Shown in pieces: positions 48,435-62,513 of a stretch of DNA of 64,000 nucleotides. Source of the stretch: an uncultured delta proteobacterium (GTDB lineage: Bacteria > Myxococcota_A > Polyangia > Polyangiales > JAFGIB01). The stretch covers positions 1,024,001-1,088,000 of the forward strand of contig CAVZVA010000009.1 of assembly GCA_963778655.1 (NCBI GenBank), given 5' to 3'. Position numbers and translations under genes: made by a program. The notes under the pieces are model-generated. The model made no database searches, was not told the origin of the DNA, and saw nothing but the letters and a program-made list of their open reading frames with translations. Position 1 is the first letter of the stretch; each line of letters starts with the position of its first letter.

Positions 48435-50933
48435 TCAGGAACTGCCTACGCGCGACAACCGCCACGTCATCAGCGGCAGCAGCAGGTAGCAGCCCGCGCC
48501 GATCAGCAGCGTGGTCGGAATGCCCCACACCATCGACGTGCCCAGGGCCAGCCCGCTGGCGCACACGCCGAACGCGCCGTTGATACCCCACAGCCAGGGA
48601 CCGAGGCGCGTCTGGGGGTGCACGCCCGCGGTTGTCAGCTCCATGCGCTCCGTCAGCCGCAGACCGAGCGGGAAGCACAGCCCCAGCCCCAGCGCCGGAG
48701 GGATCAGCAGCGCCACGCTGGCCGCGATGCGGATCGGGGTCGGAGCCGCCTGGAACGCGTGCATCATCGGCAGCAGCGCGAGCGCCGCGAGCAGCACCAT
48801 CGCGGCGGGGATCAGCGGATAGAGGCGCGCCCAGCCCAGCCGGCTGACGTCGATCCGGGCGCTCAACATGCTGCCCAGGCCGGTGAAGAAGATCAGGCCG
48901 CCGAGCAGCACCGCGAGCGCCAGCGTGGGATGGCCGAGAAAAACGTTCAACGGCGAGAGCAGGCCCATCTCCACGAACATGAAGCCCAGCCCGATCAGCG
49001 CGAAGTAGCCGAGCGCCGCCAGCACGTCGCCGCGGCGGAAGGCGCGCAGCTCCCGCACCCGGCTCGCCATCGGAAGCGCCAGCGTCAGCAGCGACAGCAG
49101 CAAGCTGACCAGGGTGGCGTAGAGCAGCGTCTGGGTGGCCTGCAGGTTGCCGAGGAAGCTCAGGTCGAGCTGATTGACGCTGGCACGATTCCTGAGCCAG
49201 GCGCCCGGCTTGAGCATGTTGAAGAAGAAGGGCCGCGCATCGGTGGGCGGGACGAAGTCGAGCTCCTGCTGCGAGGCCCAGCGGTGCAGCGCCTCTCGGG
49301 TCGGCTGGGTGGCGATCTTCTTCAGCAGGGGATGGAAGGGCAGCTGGCGCGACGTCAGCAGTACGTTGAAGCCCTTCTCCACAGCCAGCCGCTGCACGCG
49401 ATCGAGGTCGGTGTTCGAGAAGGGGGTGGGGCTGAGCAGCAGCGTGGCGACCAGGTCGTTCTGCAGCAGGATGATGTGCGTGCGGGGGTTCTTGGCGCCG
49501 AGCGACCAGGCCGTGTCCATCGCCAGCGCGAGCATGCGGCCGGTCTCGCCGGGGGAGTCGACAAAGTACCAGCGCGAGACGCTGAGAACGCCGTTCGGGT
49601 TGAGCCGGGCCAGGAAGGTGCGCCAGGCTTCCAGCGTGTACAGCCCGTTTTCGGACAAGCTGTAGGCCCCGGTGCCGGTCGAGGCCCAGGTGTCGATCAA
49701 CGACATGGTGATGACGTCGTAGCGCTGGCGATCGCGCGCCAAGAAGCTTCGCGCCTCGTCCGACACCAGGCGCACGCCGGGCAGGCTCGCCAGCCCCGAG
49801 AAGTCGCGCATGTACTTCCGGTGCAGGCGCACGATCAGGTCGTTGAGCTCGATGCCGACTACGGGCCGGTGTCCGACGCGCACGGCTTCGAGCACGTCGC
49901 GGCCGCCGCCCACCCCGATCACCGCAGCCGGACCGTTGGGCCTGATGTAGTGCGCCGCGGCGGTGATGTCCCAGTCGAGGTAGGCGTGGCTCTGCGGCGA
50001 TTTGCCGAGCCGCGCCATGGCCGTGCCCGCGGCGCCATCGATCTTGATGAAACGCTGCTCGATCGGCGCCATCACCGCGGCCGGTGTGTTTCGGCCCTTG
50101 GCCCAGAACCAGGGCGGCGCCGTCACCCCGAAGTCGACGGTCACGCGCGAGTAGGTGTTCCAGCGCATGAACATGTACGCCGCCGGGTTCTCAGGCGCGC
50201 CCTTGACCCATGCTGGCCGCAGCCTGGGCAGCGGCGCGAAGGCGTTGGCGAGGCTGAGCCCGGTGAGCAGCACCGCGACCACCGGCGCCGCGATCGCGCG
50301 TCGTCCACTCGCGCTCGCGAAGGCCCACCCGCCGGCGGCCGCCAGCGCGCCCGCAAGCACGGAAGCGCTCGGCGCATCGAGCAGCGCGAGCACGGGGATT
50401 ACCAGGATGCAGCCGGTGGCAGCACCCAGCAGATCGACGCCATACGCGAAGCTCGCGGGCAAGCCCGCGCGCGTGAGCGCGAGCGTGAGCGTGATCCCGC
50501 CCAGGGTGAAGGGCGCCGCGAGGATGCAACCGTCCGCGGTCAGCGCCACGAAGCTCATGAAGTCGGTTACCGGCGAGAGCGGCACCACCAGCGCGATCGC
50601 CACGCTGACTGGAATCGCGACCGCGAAGCCGAGGGCGCTCTGGGCCAGGCGCGTTGGGATGTCGGCATCGAGGAACGCGGCCGGCCACAGGAATACGAGC
50701 ACGGCGCCCGCGGTCATGCCCAGCATGCCGAGCGAAATCACGAAGAACGCGAGGTGGTACCAGGCGCTCACGCTGGTGATGCGCGTGAGCAGCACCTCCA
50801 ACATCAGCGTTGCGAGCGCGACCAGGAAGATCCCGAGGTAGGTGCGGGCGCGCCCGCGTATCCTCGGCGCTGCGGCTGCGCCCGCCGGCGAGGTCGATTC
50901 AGATGCGGTCGCTATGGTATCGGCGCGGGCCAT
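48435..50933 (-). CDS. Membrane-bound spermidine-synthase-like / class I SAM-dependent transferase
   Basis: LEVLLTRI, YGVDLLGAA, VIGVGGGRDV..IELN, DEARSFL, SENGLYTLEA, TDARPFFF, WGING. Confidence 0.82.
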   Translation of the reverse strand: MARADTIATASESTSPAGAAAAPRIRGRARTYLGIFLVALATLMLEVLLTRITSVSAWYHLAFFVISLGMLGMTAGAVLVFLWPAAFLDADIPTRLAQSALGFAVAIPVSVAIALVVPLSPVTDFMSFVALTADGCILAAPFTLGGITLTLALTRAGLPASFAYGVDLLGAATGCILVIPVLALLDAPSASVLAGALAAAGGWAFASASGRRAIAAPVVAVLLTGLSLANAFAPLPRLRPAWVKGAPENPAAYMFMRWNTYSRVTVDFGVTAPPWFWAKGRNTPAAVMAPIEQRFIKIDGAAGTAMARLGKSPQSHAYLDWDITAAAHYIRPNGPAAVIGVGGGRDVLEAVRVGHRPVVGIELNDLIVRLHRKYMRDFSGLASLPGVRLVSDEARSFLARDRQRYDVITMSLIDTWASTGTGAYSLSENGLYTLEAWRTFLARLNPNGVLSVSRWYFVDSPGETGRMLALAMDTAWSLGAKNPRTHIILLQNDLVATLLLSPTPFSNTDLDRVQRLAVEKGFNVLLTSRQLPFHPLLKKIATQPTREALHRWASQQELDFVPPTDARPFFFNMLKPGAWLRNRASVNQLDLSFLGNLQATQTLLYATLVSLLLSLLTLALPMASRVRELRAFRRGDVLAALGYFALIGLGFMFVEMGLLSPLNVFLGHPTLALAVLLGGLIFFTGLGSMLSARIDVSRLGWARLYPLIPAAMVLLAALALLPMMHAFQAAPTPIRIAASVALLIPPALGLGLCFPLGLRLTERMELTTAGVHPQTRLGPWLWGINGAFGVCASGLALGTSMVWGIPTTLLIGAGCYLLLPLMTWRLSRVGSS

Positions 50934-51089
50934 CAGCTTCAAAGCGGCGTCGAGCGAAGCGCATCGCGGGCGTGCGCGCAAGAGAAACCGGGCGCGCACG
51001 CGGCGATGGACCGGGTGAAGGCCCTGCGACAAAGGCCGCGCAACCTCTGGCTGCGCGGCCTGATCGGAGCCGTTCCGTGCGGCAAAGAC

Positions 51090-51578
51090 TCAGTGACCAG
51101 CGCCACCCGCGCCCGAGGCGTTGGCCGCGACGCACATGCTCATGTTGAGCGTGCACGTCGGGGTGCAGGTCACTACGCCGGTTCCACCCACCATGTTCGC
51201 GCAGCTGGCGGTACCGATGTTGGCACCATCGCACTGCTCCGGCGCCTGGATCACACCGTCGCCGCAGCGGCCGGCACCCGTGCCCCCGGTCCCGGCGAGC
51301 GCGCCGTTGCCGGCCGTGCCCAGCGTCGACGCCAGCACACAGTCGCACATCAGGCTCCAGGTGCCGTTGGTCTGGCAGGTCGAAACCGCGACGTAACCTT
51401 GTGCTGCCGGGCAGTTGGGCGAGGTTTGCGGGCACGGATCCCCTGCAGCATGCGGCGTGCTGCGCGCCATCGGCGTGCATGCGGCCGCGTTGTTGCTGCC
51501 TTTGCTGCTGCCGCAGCCGAACGCAGCAAAGACCGCCACCAGAGTCACCACCACCAAACCAGATACACGTGAGTACAT
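51090..51578 (-). CDS. Lipoprotein with myxobacterial cysteine-rich repeat
   Basis: AFGC lipobox; CGDGVIQAPEQCDG. Confidence 0.72.
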   Translation of the reverse strand: MYSRVSGLVVVTLVAVFAAFGCGSSKGSNNAAACTPMARSTPHAAGDPCPQTSPNCPAAQGYVAVSTCQTNGTWSLMCDCVLASTLGTAGNGALAGTGGTGAGRCGDGVIQAPEQCDGANIGTASCANMVGGTGVVTCTPTCTLNMSMCVAANASGAGGAGH

Positions 51579-51843
51579 GGTGTCCCTTAATCGCACAAAC
51601 TCACCGTGGCGTACAGGGGCACCGTTGAATAATTTCCTAACCCACCAGGATTGTTTGGCAATTAGTCACACCCCCGCTCACCTTCGGAGCTGCAGGCGCG
51701 CTCAGGCGGAGGGCGCAGGGTAGAAGGCCGCGCAAGGGTTTGGGCCGGCACGAGGCGGTCCCGGTTGCCGATTTGAACAGGATACAAATGTGGGCGCATC
51801 CCCCGACCGCAGGCTCCGCGCCCGTGCTCTGCGCCCAAACGCA

Positions 51844-51875
51844 ACGACGCCAGGTCGGGCTCGACCTGGCGTCGT
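51844..51875 (-). terminator. Strong hairpin downstream of groEL
   Basis: ACGACGCCAGGTCG-GGCT-CGACCTGGCGTCGT, 14-bp perfect stem; weak U-tail. Confidence 0.6.
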
Positions 51876-51899
51876 CGGATGAACGGCCGAACGCGAGCG

Positions 51900-53531
<1,632 letters not shown>

Positions 53532-53570
53532 GGTTGTTCCTGGCGTTGGGGTTGAGATCTCGACGACCGG

Positions 53571-55826
<2,256 letters not shown>

Positions 55827-55918
55827 CCGCGGGCCCGGAGCTAGAGCGGCAAGCCGGGAGGCACGAAATTAGCGTGCGATTTCCGCCTGCTGGGCCTTGC
55901 TTTGCCGTGAGTCGGGTT

Positions 55919-55961
55919 TACGAATTACGTAGGATATTGAATAAATAATACGAATATCGTA
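55919..55961. promoter_or_regulatory. Paired 13-bp palindromes TACG-N5-CGTA with 30-bp period upstream of ald (putative Lrp/AsnC operator)
   Basis: TACGAATTACGTA (55919-55931) and TACGAATATCGTA (55949-55961), both followed by GG. Confidence 0.7.
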
Positions 55962-55972
55962 GGTTTGTGGTC

Positions 55973-57070
55973 ATGATCGTCGGCATCCCGAAAGAGATCA
56001 AGAACCGCGAGTATCGCGTCGGCGCCACCCCCGATTGCGTGCGTGCGTACGTGCGGGCGGGACATGGCGTGCTGGTGCAGCGGGGCGCAGGCCTGGGCGC
56101 GGGCTTCGACGACGAGGCCTACCGGGTCGCGGGCGCGAGCCTGGTCGACGAGGCCGTGGAGCTCTATGCGCGGGCCGAGATGGTGGTGAAGGTCAAGGAG
56201 CCCTTGGCCTCGGAGTACGAGCTGCTGCAGCGAGGGCAGCTGCTGTTCACGTACCTGCATCTGGCGGCAGTGCCGGCGTTAGCCGAAGCGCTGATGCGGC
56301 GGCGCGTGACCGCTGTCGCGTACGAGACGATCCAGCTTCCGGACGGGAGCCTGCCGTGTCTGGCGCCGATGAGCGCGATCGCCGGAAGGCTTTCGGTGCA
56401 GGAAGGCGCCAAGTACCTCGAGCGCGCCTACGGCGGGCGCGGGGTGCTGCTCGGCGGCGTGCCTGGAGTCGAGCGGGGCAAGGTGGTGGTGCTGGGCGGC
56501 GGCGTGGTCGGCACCCATGCGACCAAGGTCGCGGTGGGCCTCGGCGCGGAGGTCACGCTGCTCGAGCTCTCACCGCGCAGGCTGGCCGAGCTAGACGACC
56601 TGTTCGGTGGCCGCGTCCAGACCCTGCACGCGAACGAGGCCAATCTCGGCCGCAGCCTGGCGCAGGCGGACCTGGTGATCGGCGCGGTGCTGGTGCCGGG
56701 CGCGGCGGCGCCCAAGCTGATCCGCCGCGAGCACCTGAGGCAGATGCAGCCCGGCGCGCTGATCGTCGACGTGGCCGTGGACCAGGGCGGCTGTGCCGAG
56801 ACCACGCACGCGACCAGCCACGACGAGCCGCTGTACACGGTCGACGGGGTGTTGCACTACGCGGTGCCCAACATGCCGGCCGCGGTGGCCCGCACCTCGA
56901 CGCTGGCGCTGACCAGCATCACCCTGCCGTACGCGCTGCTGCTCGCGGCGCACGGCTTCGAGGGCGCTGCCGCGCGCCGGCCCGAGCTGCGCGGGGGCCT
57001 CAACGTCGCCGATGGCCGCGTGGTGCACCCCACCGTCGCCGAGGCCCTGCGCCTGCCGCGGGCGGCCTGA
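55973..57070 (+). CDS. ald: Alanine dehydrogenase
   Basis: [39 protein letters not shown]. Confidence 0.95.
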   Translation: MIVGIPKEIKNREYRVGATPDCVRAYVRAGHGVLVQRGAGLGAGFDDEAYRVAGASLVDEAVELYARAEMVVKVKEPLASEYELLQRGQLLFTYLHLAAVPALAEALMRRRVTAVAYETIQLPDGSLPCLAPMSAIAGRLSVQEGAKYLERAYGGRGVLLGGVPGVERGKVVVLGGGVVGTHATKVAVGLGAEVTLLELSPRRLAELDDLFGGRVQTLHANEANLGRSLAQADLVIGAVLVPGAAAPKLIRREHLRQMQPGALIVDVAVDQGGCAETTHATSHDEPLYTVDGVLHYAVPNMPAAVARTSTLALTSITLPYALLLAAHGFEGAAARRPELRGGLNVADGRVVHPTVAEALRLPRAA

Positions 57071-57084
57071 GGGCGGGGGCGCCG

Positions 57085-57558
57085 ATGCGCGTAGCCAAGC
57101 CGCCGCAGCAGGGTCGCGAGCCGCATCTGGATCCGCTCGATCGCGGCATCATCGAGGGCCTGCGCCGCGACGGCCGCGCGAGCAACTCTGCGCTCGCGGT
57201 CAAGCTCGGGGTGGCGGAAGGAACGGTGCGCCAGCGCATCAAGAAGCTGCTCGACGCCGGCGTGTTCAGGGTCAGCGGGGTGGTCAATCCCGAGTTCATC
57301 GCCGAGCACCAGCTGTGTGTGATCGGGCTCAAGGTGGACGAGAGCAAGCAGCTCGAGACCCGCGCGCGCGACGTCAGCCGGTTGCCGGAGGTGCGCAGCG
57401 TGGCGATCGTGACCGGGCGCTACGATCTGCTGGTAGAGGTGCTCACGACCTCCAACCAGGGCCTGATTCACTTCCTGTCGGAATCGCTCGCCAGCGTGCC
57501 GGGCATCACCAGCAGCGAGACCTTCCTGCTGCTCAAGACCTACGACAAATGGATCTAG
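57085..57558 (+). CDS. Lrp/AsnC family transcriptional regulator
   Basis: LDPLDRGIIEGLRRDGRAS..GVAEGTVRQRIKKL; VTGRYDL. Confidence 0.93.
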   Translation: MRVAKPPQQGREPHLDPLDRGIIEGLRRDGRASNSALAVKLGVAEGTVRQRIKKLLDAGVFRVSGVVNPEFIAEHQLCVIGLKVDESKQLETRARDVSRLPEVRSVAIVTGRYDLLVEVLTTSNQGLIHFLSESLASVPGITSSETFLLLKTYDKWI

Positions 57559-57714
57559 CCCTGCGCTCGGGTGATGTTGGTCGATGATCGTGGCCGAGCT
57601 GGTGCCGAGCAGGCACCGGTGGACGAAGGAAGGGTAGCCCCCTTTCGAGGAAAGCGACGCCGCGGGGCGGTGCCAGATCGGGCGGCGTTTGAGATCGGCT
57701 CTTGAGTTAAACGC

Positions 57715-57742
57715 GAACGCCGGGGCGGTGACCCCGGCGTTC
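57715..57742. terminator. Hairpin between the convergent lrp and dctP genes
   Basis: GAACGCCGGGG-CGGTGA-CCCCGGCGTTC. Confidence 0.6.
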
Positions 57743-57765
57743 ACGCGGTTGCTTCGACTCTCGGG

Positions 57766-58770
57766 CTACTGGCCGGAGGCGATCTTCATCACCTTGTCGA
57801 GCAACGCCTTGGGATAGGCGCGGCCGACCAGGTGCGCGCGCACGGTGGCGGTGAGCTGGTCGTATTCCTTCTTGCCTTCGGGCGAGAAGTTGGTCGCGTG
57901 GTAGCCGCGCTGCAGCAGCTTCTCGAAGGCCTTCTTGTCGTTGGCGCGGACGTCCTTGTTGTCGCCTTCGATGTTCTTCTTGATCTGCTCGAGCAGCGTC
58001 CCGCGCACGTCCTCGGGGATGCTGTTCCACTTGTCGTTGGTCATCATCATGGCGCCCAGCAGCACGCCGCTGGTCTGATTGGTGACGTAGCTCAGCTTGG
58101 TGTGCCACTGCAGGGCGACCACCGCGATCGCGGTGTTCCAGACCATGTCGATCATCCCGGTCTGCAGCGCGCCGTAGACCTCGGGCACCCCCAGCGGCAC
58201 CGGGTTCGCACCGACGATCTTGTACGTCTCCTTCATCATGTAGCTCTCGGGCCAGAGCCAGGGACGCATGTCCTTGAGGTCGCTCGGCTTGGTGATCGGA
58301 GCCTTGGAGAAGAAGCGAACCTGCCCGACCTCGCCCCAGGCGATCAGCTTGAAGCCGGCCTTGTTGAACAGGTCCTGCCACTCCTGCTTCATCGCGGCTT
58401 GGACTCTCTCGACGCGGTCGTAGCTGTCGATCACGCCGGGCACCGTCAGCACCGTCACGTCGCGCACGATCTGGCTGAGCCCGGTCGAGGTGATCAGCGA
58501 GCCGTCCATCTGGCCCACCTTCATCTTGCGGATGACGTCCTTCTCGTCGCCCGCGATGCCGCTCGGGTAGAGCTGGATGCCCCAGGCACCCTTGGTGGCC
58601 TGGCGCAGCCCGCGGTCGATACGAACAAATCCCCGGGTCAGGTCGGTGTCGCGCGGCGCCAGGGTGGCGATGCGGATCATGTTGCCGGCCTTGGCCATGG
58701 CGGGGCTAACGCTGCCTGGAATCGCCATCGCGAGCGCGAGCACCAGGGTGGAAGCGAGGGCCTTGCGCAT
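57766..58770 (-). CDS. TRAP transporter substrate-binding protein (DctP family)
   Basis: IATLAP, GIAGDEKDVIRKMKVGQMDG, EVYGALQTGMID. Confidence 0.88.
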   Translation of the reverse strand: MRKALASTLVLALAMAIPGSVSPAMAKAGNMIRIATLAPRDTDLTRGFVRIDRGLRQATKGAWGIQLYPSGIAGDEKDVIRKMKVGQMDGSLITSTGLSQIVRDVTVLTVPGVIDSYDRVERVQAAMKQEWQDLFNKAGFKLIAWGEVGQVRFFSKAPITKPSDLKDMRPWLWPESYMMKETYKIVGANPVPLGVPEVYGALQTGMIDMVWNTAIAVVALQWHTKLSYVTNQTSGVLLGAMMMTNDKWNSIPEDVRGTLLEQIKKNIEGDNKDVRANDKKAFEKLLQRGYHATNFSPEGKKEYDQLTATVRAHLVGRAYPKALLDKVMKIASGQ

Positions 58771-58969
58771 TTCTCTTGTCTCCTCCGAAGAAGCCGTCCG
58801 TTTGGACGCGCGTAGCATGCGGCGATTCAACCGGCCGGGCAACACGGAATTCGGCCGAATCCCTGGGGCTTAGCACCCCGCCCGGCGCTCCGCCGGCGCC
58901 GTGCAGCGCGCCGCTCACTGCGATCCGGTGACGGTAGAATTCCCGGTGTCATTTCAATAGATTGTCGCG

Positions 58970-60811
58970 ATGCGCGGGGCGAGGGCGGCTGTGTGGCGGA
59001 GCTGTGGCAGCCTGCTCTTATCCGGTGCGCTCAGCGTCGCCGCGGCGGCCGCTCACGCGCAACGCAGCGACGCGACCTACGAGGCGGAGCGTGCCGCGCG
59101 CGCGCTGCGCGAGCGCTCGCTGCAACCCGATCCGGCGCCCGAGGGCAAGCGCATCGAGTTCATCGAAGTCGTGCGCGAGGAGGTGTTGCAGAACGACGAG
59201 CTGCTGGTCCCGGTCGTGCTGCCGCGCTTCGCGCCCACCTGGCCCAACGCGTTCCACTGGCTGACGCGGGAGAGCGTGATCCGCAGGGAGCTGCTGTTCC
59301 AGCAGGGCGAGCCCTACCGCGCCGACCGTGTCGAGGAGAGCATGCGCAACCTGCGGGCGCTCGGCATCTTCGCGCTGGTGCGAATCGTGGCGGTGCGGGC
59401 CGGCGAGCCGGACCAGGTGGGCGTGCTGGTGTACACGCGCGACCTGTGGAGCTTGCGCCCGGAGACCGGCTTCTCCGGCGCGGGCAGCGCCTTTCAGCTC
59501 ACCGGCCAGCTGGTGCAGCGCAATTTTCTCGGGCGCAACAAGGACCTCACCCTACGTTTCGACATCGATCCCAAGGCCTACAGCCTGGGCGAGGCTTATG
59601 ACGACGCGCGGGTTCTAGGCGGCGAGCTGGCGCTCAGCGAGTCGTTCGATCTGATCTTCAACCGCGAGAGCGGCAAGACCGAGGGCAGTCAGGGCGCGCT
59701 GTGGCTGACGCGGCCGTTTCGCAAGCTGAGCCAGGCCTGGCAGTGGGGGCTCAGCGCGAGCTACGCCGCCTACGTGGCGCGCGCCCTCCGCGGCTCGGAG
59801 ATCGTGAGCTTTCGACCGAAAGCGAGCGGCGGGCTGGAGGAGTGCCAGGCTCCCGATCCGGCGTGCATGCGCGCGGTCTGGGACCAGCACAGCTATTCCG
59901 CGAGCGCCTCGGCCAGCTACCGCAGGGGCGAAGCCTACAAGCAGACCTTCACGCTCGGCGCCGGGTTCGGCGAGATCCAGGTGGCGGCCAACCGTGAAAC
60001 CGCGCTGCGTCCGGAGCAGAGCGCGATCTTCGAGAGCGAGCTGCTGCCCAAGGCGCGCCGGCAGGTCTACCCGTACGTGAGCTACGACCTGTGGCTGCCG
60101 GACTACGTGACGTTCCACGACCTCGGCACGTTCGGGCAGACCGAGACCGTGCGCGTCGGCCCCCGCGCGACCAGCAGCGTGTCGGTGCCGCTGAAGGCAT
60201 TCGGCTCGTCCAGCAGCTCGGCGGTGTTCTCGAGCACGCTGGACTACGTGCTCGCCGGTGGCGGTGCGCTCGCGGAGGGCTCCGCGACGGGATCGACGCG
60301 GCTGGAGTCGTCGCGCGTGGTGGACCAGAGTCTCAGCCTGCTCGTGCGTGGGGCGACGCCGTTGTGGCTGGCCGGGCGGCTGGTCGCCTACGCGAGTTGG
60401 AGCGGTCGCCGCCACGACACGGCCCAGAGCCAGGTCACGCTGGGCGCCGATAATGGGCTGCGCGGTTATCAGGTTGGAGCGTTTCGCGTGGTCGGCGGCA
60501 ACCGCTTGCGCGCCAACCTCGAGTACCGCACCCTGCCGCTGGTGTTCGAGTCGGTTCACATCGGGGCGGTGGCTTTTTACGACGCGGGCAGCGTCTACGG
60601 CGCGCTCGCGGATGCGCGCCTGCACCACGACCTCGGAGTCGGGCTGCGCGTGCTGTTTCCGCAGTTCAACCACACCCCATTTCGCGCCGACTTCGGGCTG
60701 CCGCTCGACCGCAATGGCTTCGCGCTGCTGGTCAGCTACGGCAGCGACCAGGCGGTGCCGATGACCGCGGCCGACGACGCCTCCGGCTCGACCGGCGTGC
60801 GGCCGCGCTGA
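58970..60811 (+). CDS. Omp85/BamA-TamA-like outer membrane protein with POTRA-like domain
   Basis: TRESVIRRELLF..EESMRNLR, NFLGRN, GLRGY, NLEYR, FYDAG. Confidence 0.78.
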   Translation: MRGARAAVWRSCGSLLLSGALSVAAAAAHAQRSDATYEAERAARALRERSLQPDPAPEGKRIEFIEVVREEVLQNDELLVPVVLPRFAPTWPNAFHWLTRESVIRRELLFQQGEPYRADRVEESMRNLRALGIFALVRIVAVRAGEPDQVGVLVYTRDLWSLRPETGFSGAGSAFQLTGQLVQRNFLGRNKDLTLRFDIDPKAYSLGEAYDDARVLGGELALSESFDLIFNRESGKTEGSQGALWLTRPFRKLSQAWQWGLSASYAAYVARALRGSEIVSFRPKASGGLEECQAPDPACMRAVWDQHSYSASASASYRRGEAYKQTFTLGAGFGEIQVAANRETALRPEQSAIFESELLPKARRQVYPYVSYDLWLPDYVTFHDLGTFGQTETVRVGPRATSSVSVPLKAFGSSSSSAVFSSTLDYVLAGGGALAEGSATGSTRLESSRVVDQSLSLLVRGATPLWLAGRLVAYASWSGRRHDTAQSQVTLGADNGLRGYQVGAFRVVGGNRLRANLEYRTLPLVFESVHIGAVAFYDAGSVYGALADARLHHDLGVGLRVLFPQFNHTPFRADFGLPLDRNGFALLVSYGSDQAVPMTAADDASGSTGVRPR

Positions 60812-60818
60812 GCGCAGC

Positions 60819-61712
60819 ATGCGGGCGCTGGATGTCGCGCTGTGGGTGGTAGCTGCGCTGCTGGCGTACATGGCAGCGATCACGCTCGCGGTGACCGCCG
60901 GCGTGCTGTTCTCGACTTGGGTGCGGCGCCTCGAGCTCGGGGCGATGGACGCGGAGCAGGCGCAGGCATTCGGCGAGCTGCGCATCCCGGCGCTGCGGCG
61001 GGCGCGCGGCGTGCTGGTGGAGGGGTGGTTTCAGTCGCTGGCATTCGCGCTGCAGGGACTGCACGCGCTGCGGCTGCTACCGGCGCCGCGCGCGCATCCA
61101 GGACAGACGCCCGTGGTGGTGCTGCACGGCTACACCGAGAACGCCGGGACGATGTGGTGGATGGGCCGCCGGCTGGCGGCGGCCGGCTTCAATCCGATCT
61201 TGGTCGACTTTCCATCGACGTTGCGCCACATCGAGCACAACGCGCGCTTCTTGGGCGAGCGCATCAACGCGATCCGAGCGAGCCACGGCGGCGAGCCGGT
61301 CGCGGTGGTGGCGCACAGCATGGGCGGGCTGATCACGCGCACGCTGATCCACGAGCGCGAGGATCATGGCGTGCGGGTGCTGGTCGCGTTGGCTTCGCCA
61401 TTTCGCGGCACGCGTATAGCGACGTTGTCGCGCTATCTGCCGCTCGGGCACAGCGCGCGGCAGATGCAACCGAGAGCCGAGTTCTTGGAGCGCTTTCCGC
61501 CCTCGCTGGCGCCGCCGCTGCCGGTGCTGTCGGTGGTGGCGCGGCAGGAGACGATCGTGGCGCCGGAGTGGTCGGTGGTGATCACGGGCGCCCAGGTGCG
61601 CGTGCTCGACGAGCCCTACGGGCACGTGGCGCCGCTGTTCCTGGCTTCGGTGTTCGGTCACATCGAGCGGTTCCTGCTCGAGCAGGGCGTGCGCCGCGAG
61701 CAGCCCGGGTGA
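60819..61712 (+). CDS. Membrane-anchored alpha/beta hydrolase (lipase-like)
   Basis: VVLHGY, VAHSMGG nucleophile elbow, LASPFRG, GH. Confidence 0.85.
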   Translation: MRALDVALWVVAALLAYMAAITLAVTAGVLFSTWVRRLELGAMDAEQAQAFGELRIPALRRARGVLVEGWFQSLAFALQGLHALRLLPAPRAHPGQTPVVVLHGYTENAGTMWWMGRRLAAAGFNPILVDFPSTLRHIEHNARFLGERINAIRASHGGEPVAVVAHSMGGLITRTLIHEREDHGVRVLVALASPFRGTRIATLSRYLPLGHSARQMQPRAEFLERFPPSLAPPLPVLSVVARQETIVAPEWSVVITGAQVRVLDEPYGHVAPLFLASVFGHIERFLLEQGVRREQPG

Positions 61713-61751
61713 AGCGGCCGAGAAGAAATGCAGCCGCCCTCGGACTCGGGG

Positions 61752-62000
61752 TCACAGCGCGCGCTGCAGCAGCGACTGCATGGCGGAAATCAGCAACAGG
61801 ATGATGAGCGGGGAGAAGTCGAGGCCGCCGCTGCGCTCGGGGCGCAGCACGGCGCGGATCGGGGCGTAGAGCGGGTCGGTGATCTGGCGCGTGAAGCTGC
61901 GCGGGAAGCGGTCCGCGTCGGGCATCACCCAGCTCAGGACCACGTCCACGATGACTAGCACCTGCAGGGCTTTGAGGATCAACCAGAGAAGGGAGGCCAT
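61752..62000 (-). CDS. YggT family membrane protein
   Basis: LSWV..ITDPLYAPIR..GGLDFSPLI. Confidence 0.9.
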   Translation of the reverse strand: MASLLWLILKALQVLVIVDVVLSWVMPDADRFPRSFTRQITDPLYAPIRAVLRPERSGGLDFSPLIILLLISAMQSLLQRAL

Positions 62001-62018
62001 GACGGATGGAATGCGGGC

Positions 62019-62462
62019 TCAGCGCTGGCGCAGGGTGACGATGGAGAAGACTAGCAGCTTGTGCTCGAGGTCCTGCAGCAGCACTTCGACCAGGTGGGTC
62101 TTGCCGCGACTGCTGCGCACGCGGCTCTCCATCCGGAAGCGTGCGTCGGCCACGGGCTCGAAGTAGTCGATCCGCATGTTGACGGTGGCGACGCCGCGGG
62201 GACCCTCGTGGATCACGCTGTGCGCTGTGCGCACGGCCACCAGATCGATGTAGGTCGGGGTGAAGCCGCCGAACAGCTGTCCGCGGGGGTTCTTCACCTG
62301 CGGCGGGAGGTGGGCTTCGAGCGCGAAGTGACCAGGCTCGTGGGCGAGCACCGTCCAGTCGTAGGCTTCCAGAAAGTCGCCGACCGGGTGGCCGCGGCCC
62401 AGCAGCCTGCCCGGCGGCGGAGGCAGCCAGGGTCGCTCAATGTCCTGCGAGTCGTCGGCCAT
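62019..62462 (-). CDS. PaaI-family hotdog-fold thioesterase
   Basis: NPRGQLFGG..D, TVNMRIDYFEP. Confidence 0.85.
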   Translation of the reverse strand: MADDSQDIERPWLPPPPGRLLGRGHPVGDFLEAYDWTVLAHEPGHFALEAHLPPQVKNPRGQLFGGFTPTYIDLVAVRTAHSVIHEGPRGVATVNMRIDYFEPVADARFRMESRVRSSRGKTHLVEVLLQDLEHKLLVFSIVTLRQR

Positions 62463-62513
62463 CGCGCCCGAGCTTCGGCCAAGGCGGGGCGCGGTTCAAG
62501 CCGCACCAGGCGC

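Noticed and set aside
48429..51572. Long shadow ORFs such as the 1047-aa plus-strand ORF, 14175-16862 and 45953-48376
   Set aside because: Arg/Ala/Pro-rich antisense or off-frame ORFs overlapping well-supported genes, as expected in high-GC DNA.
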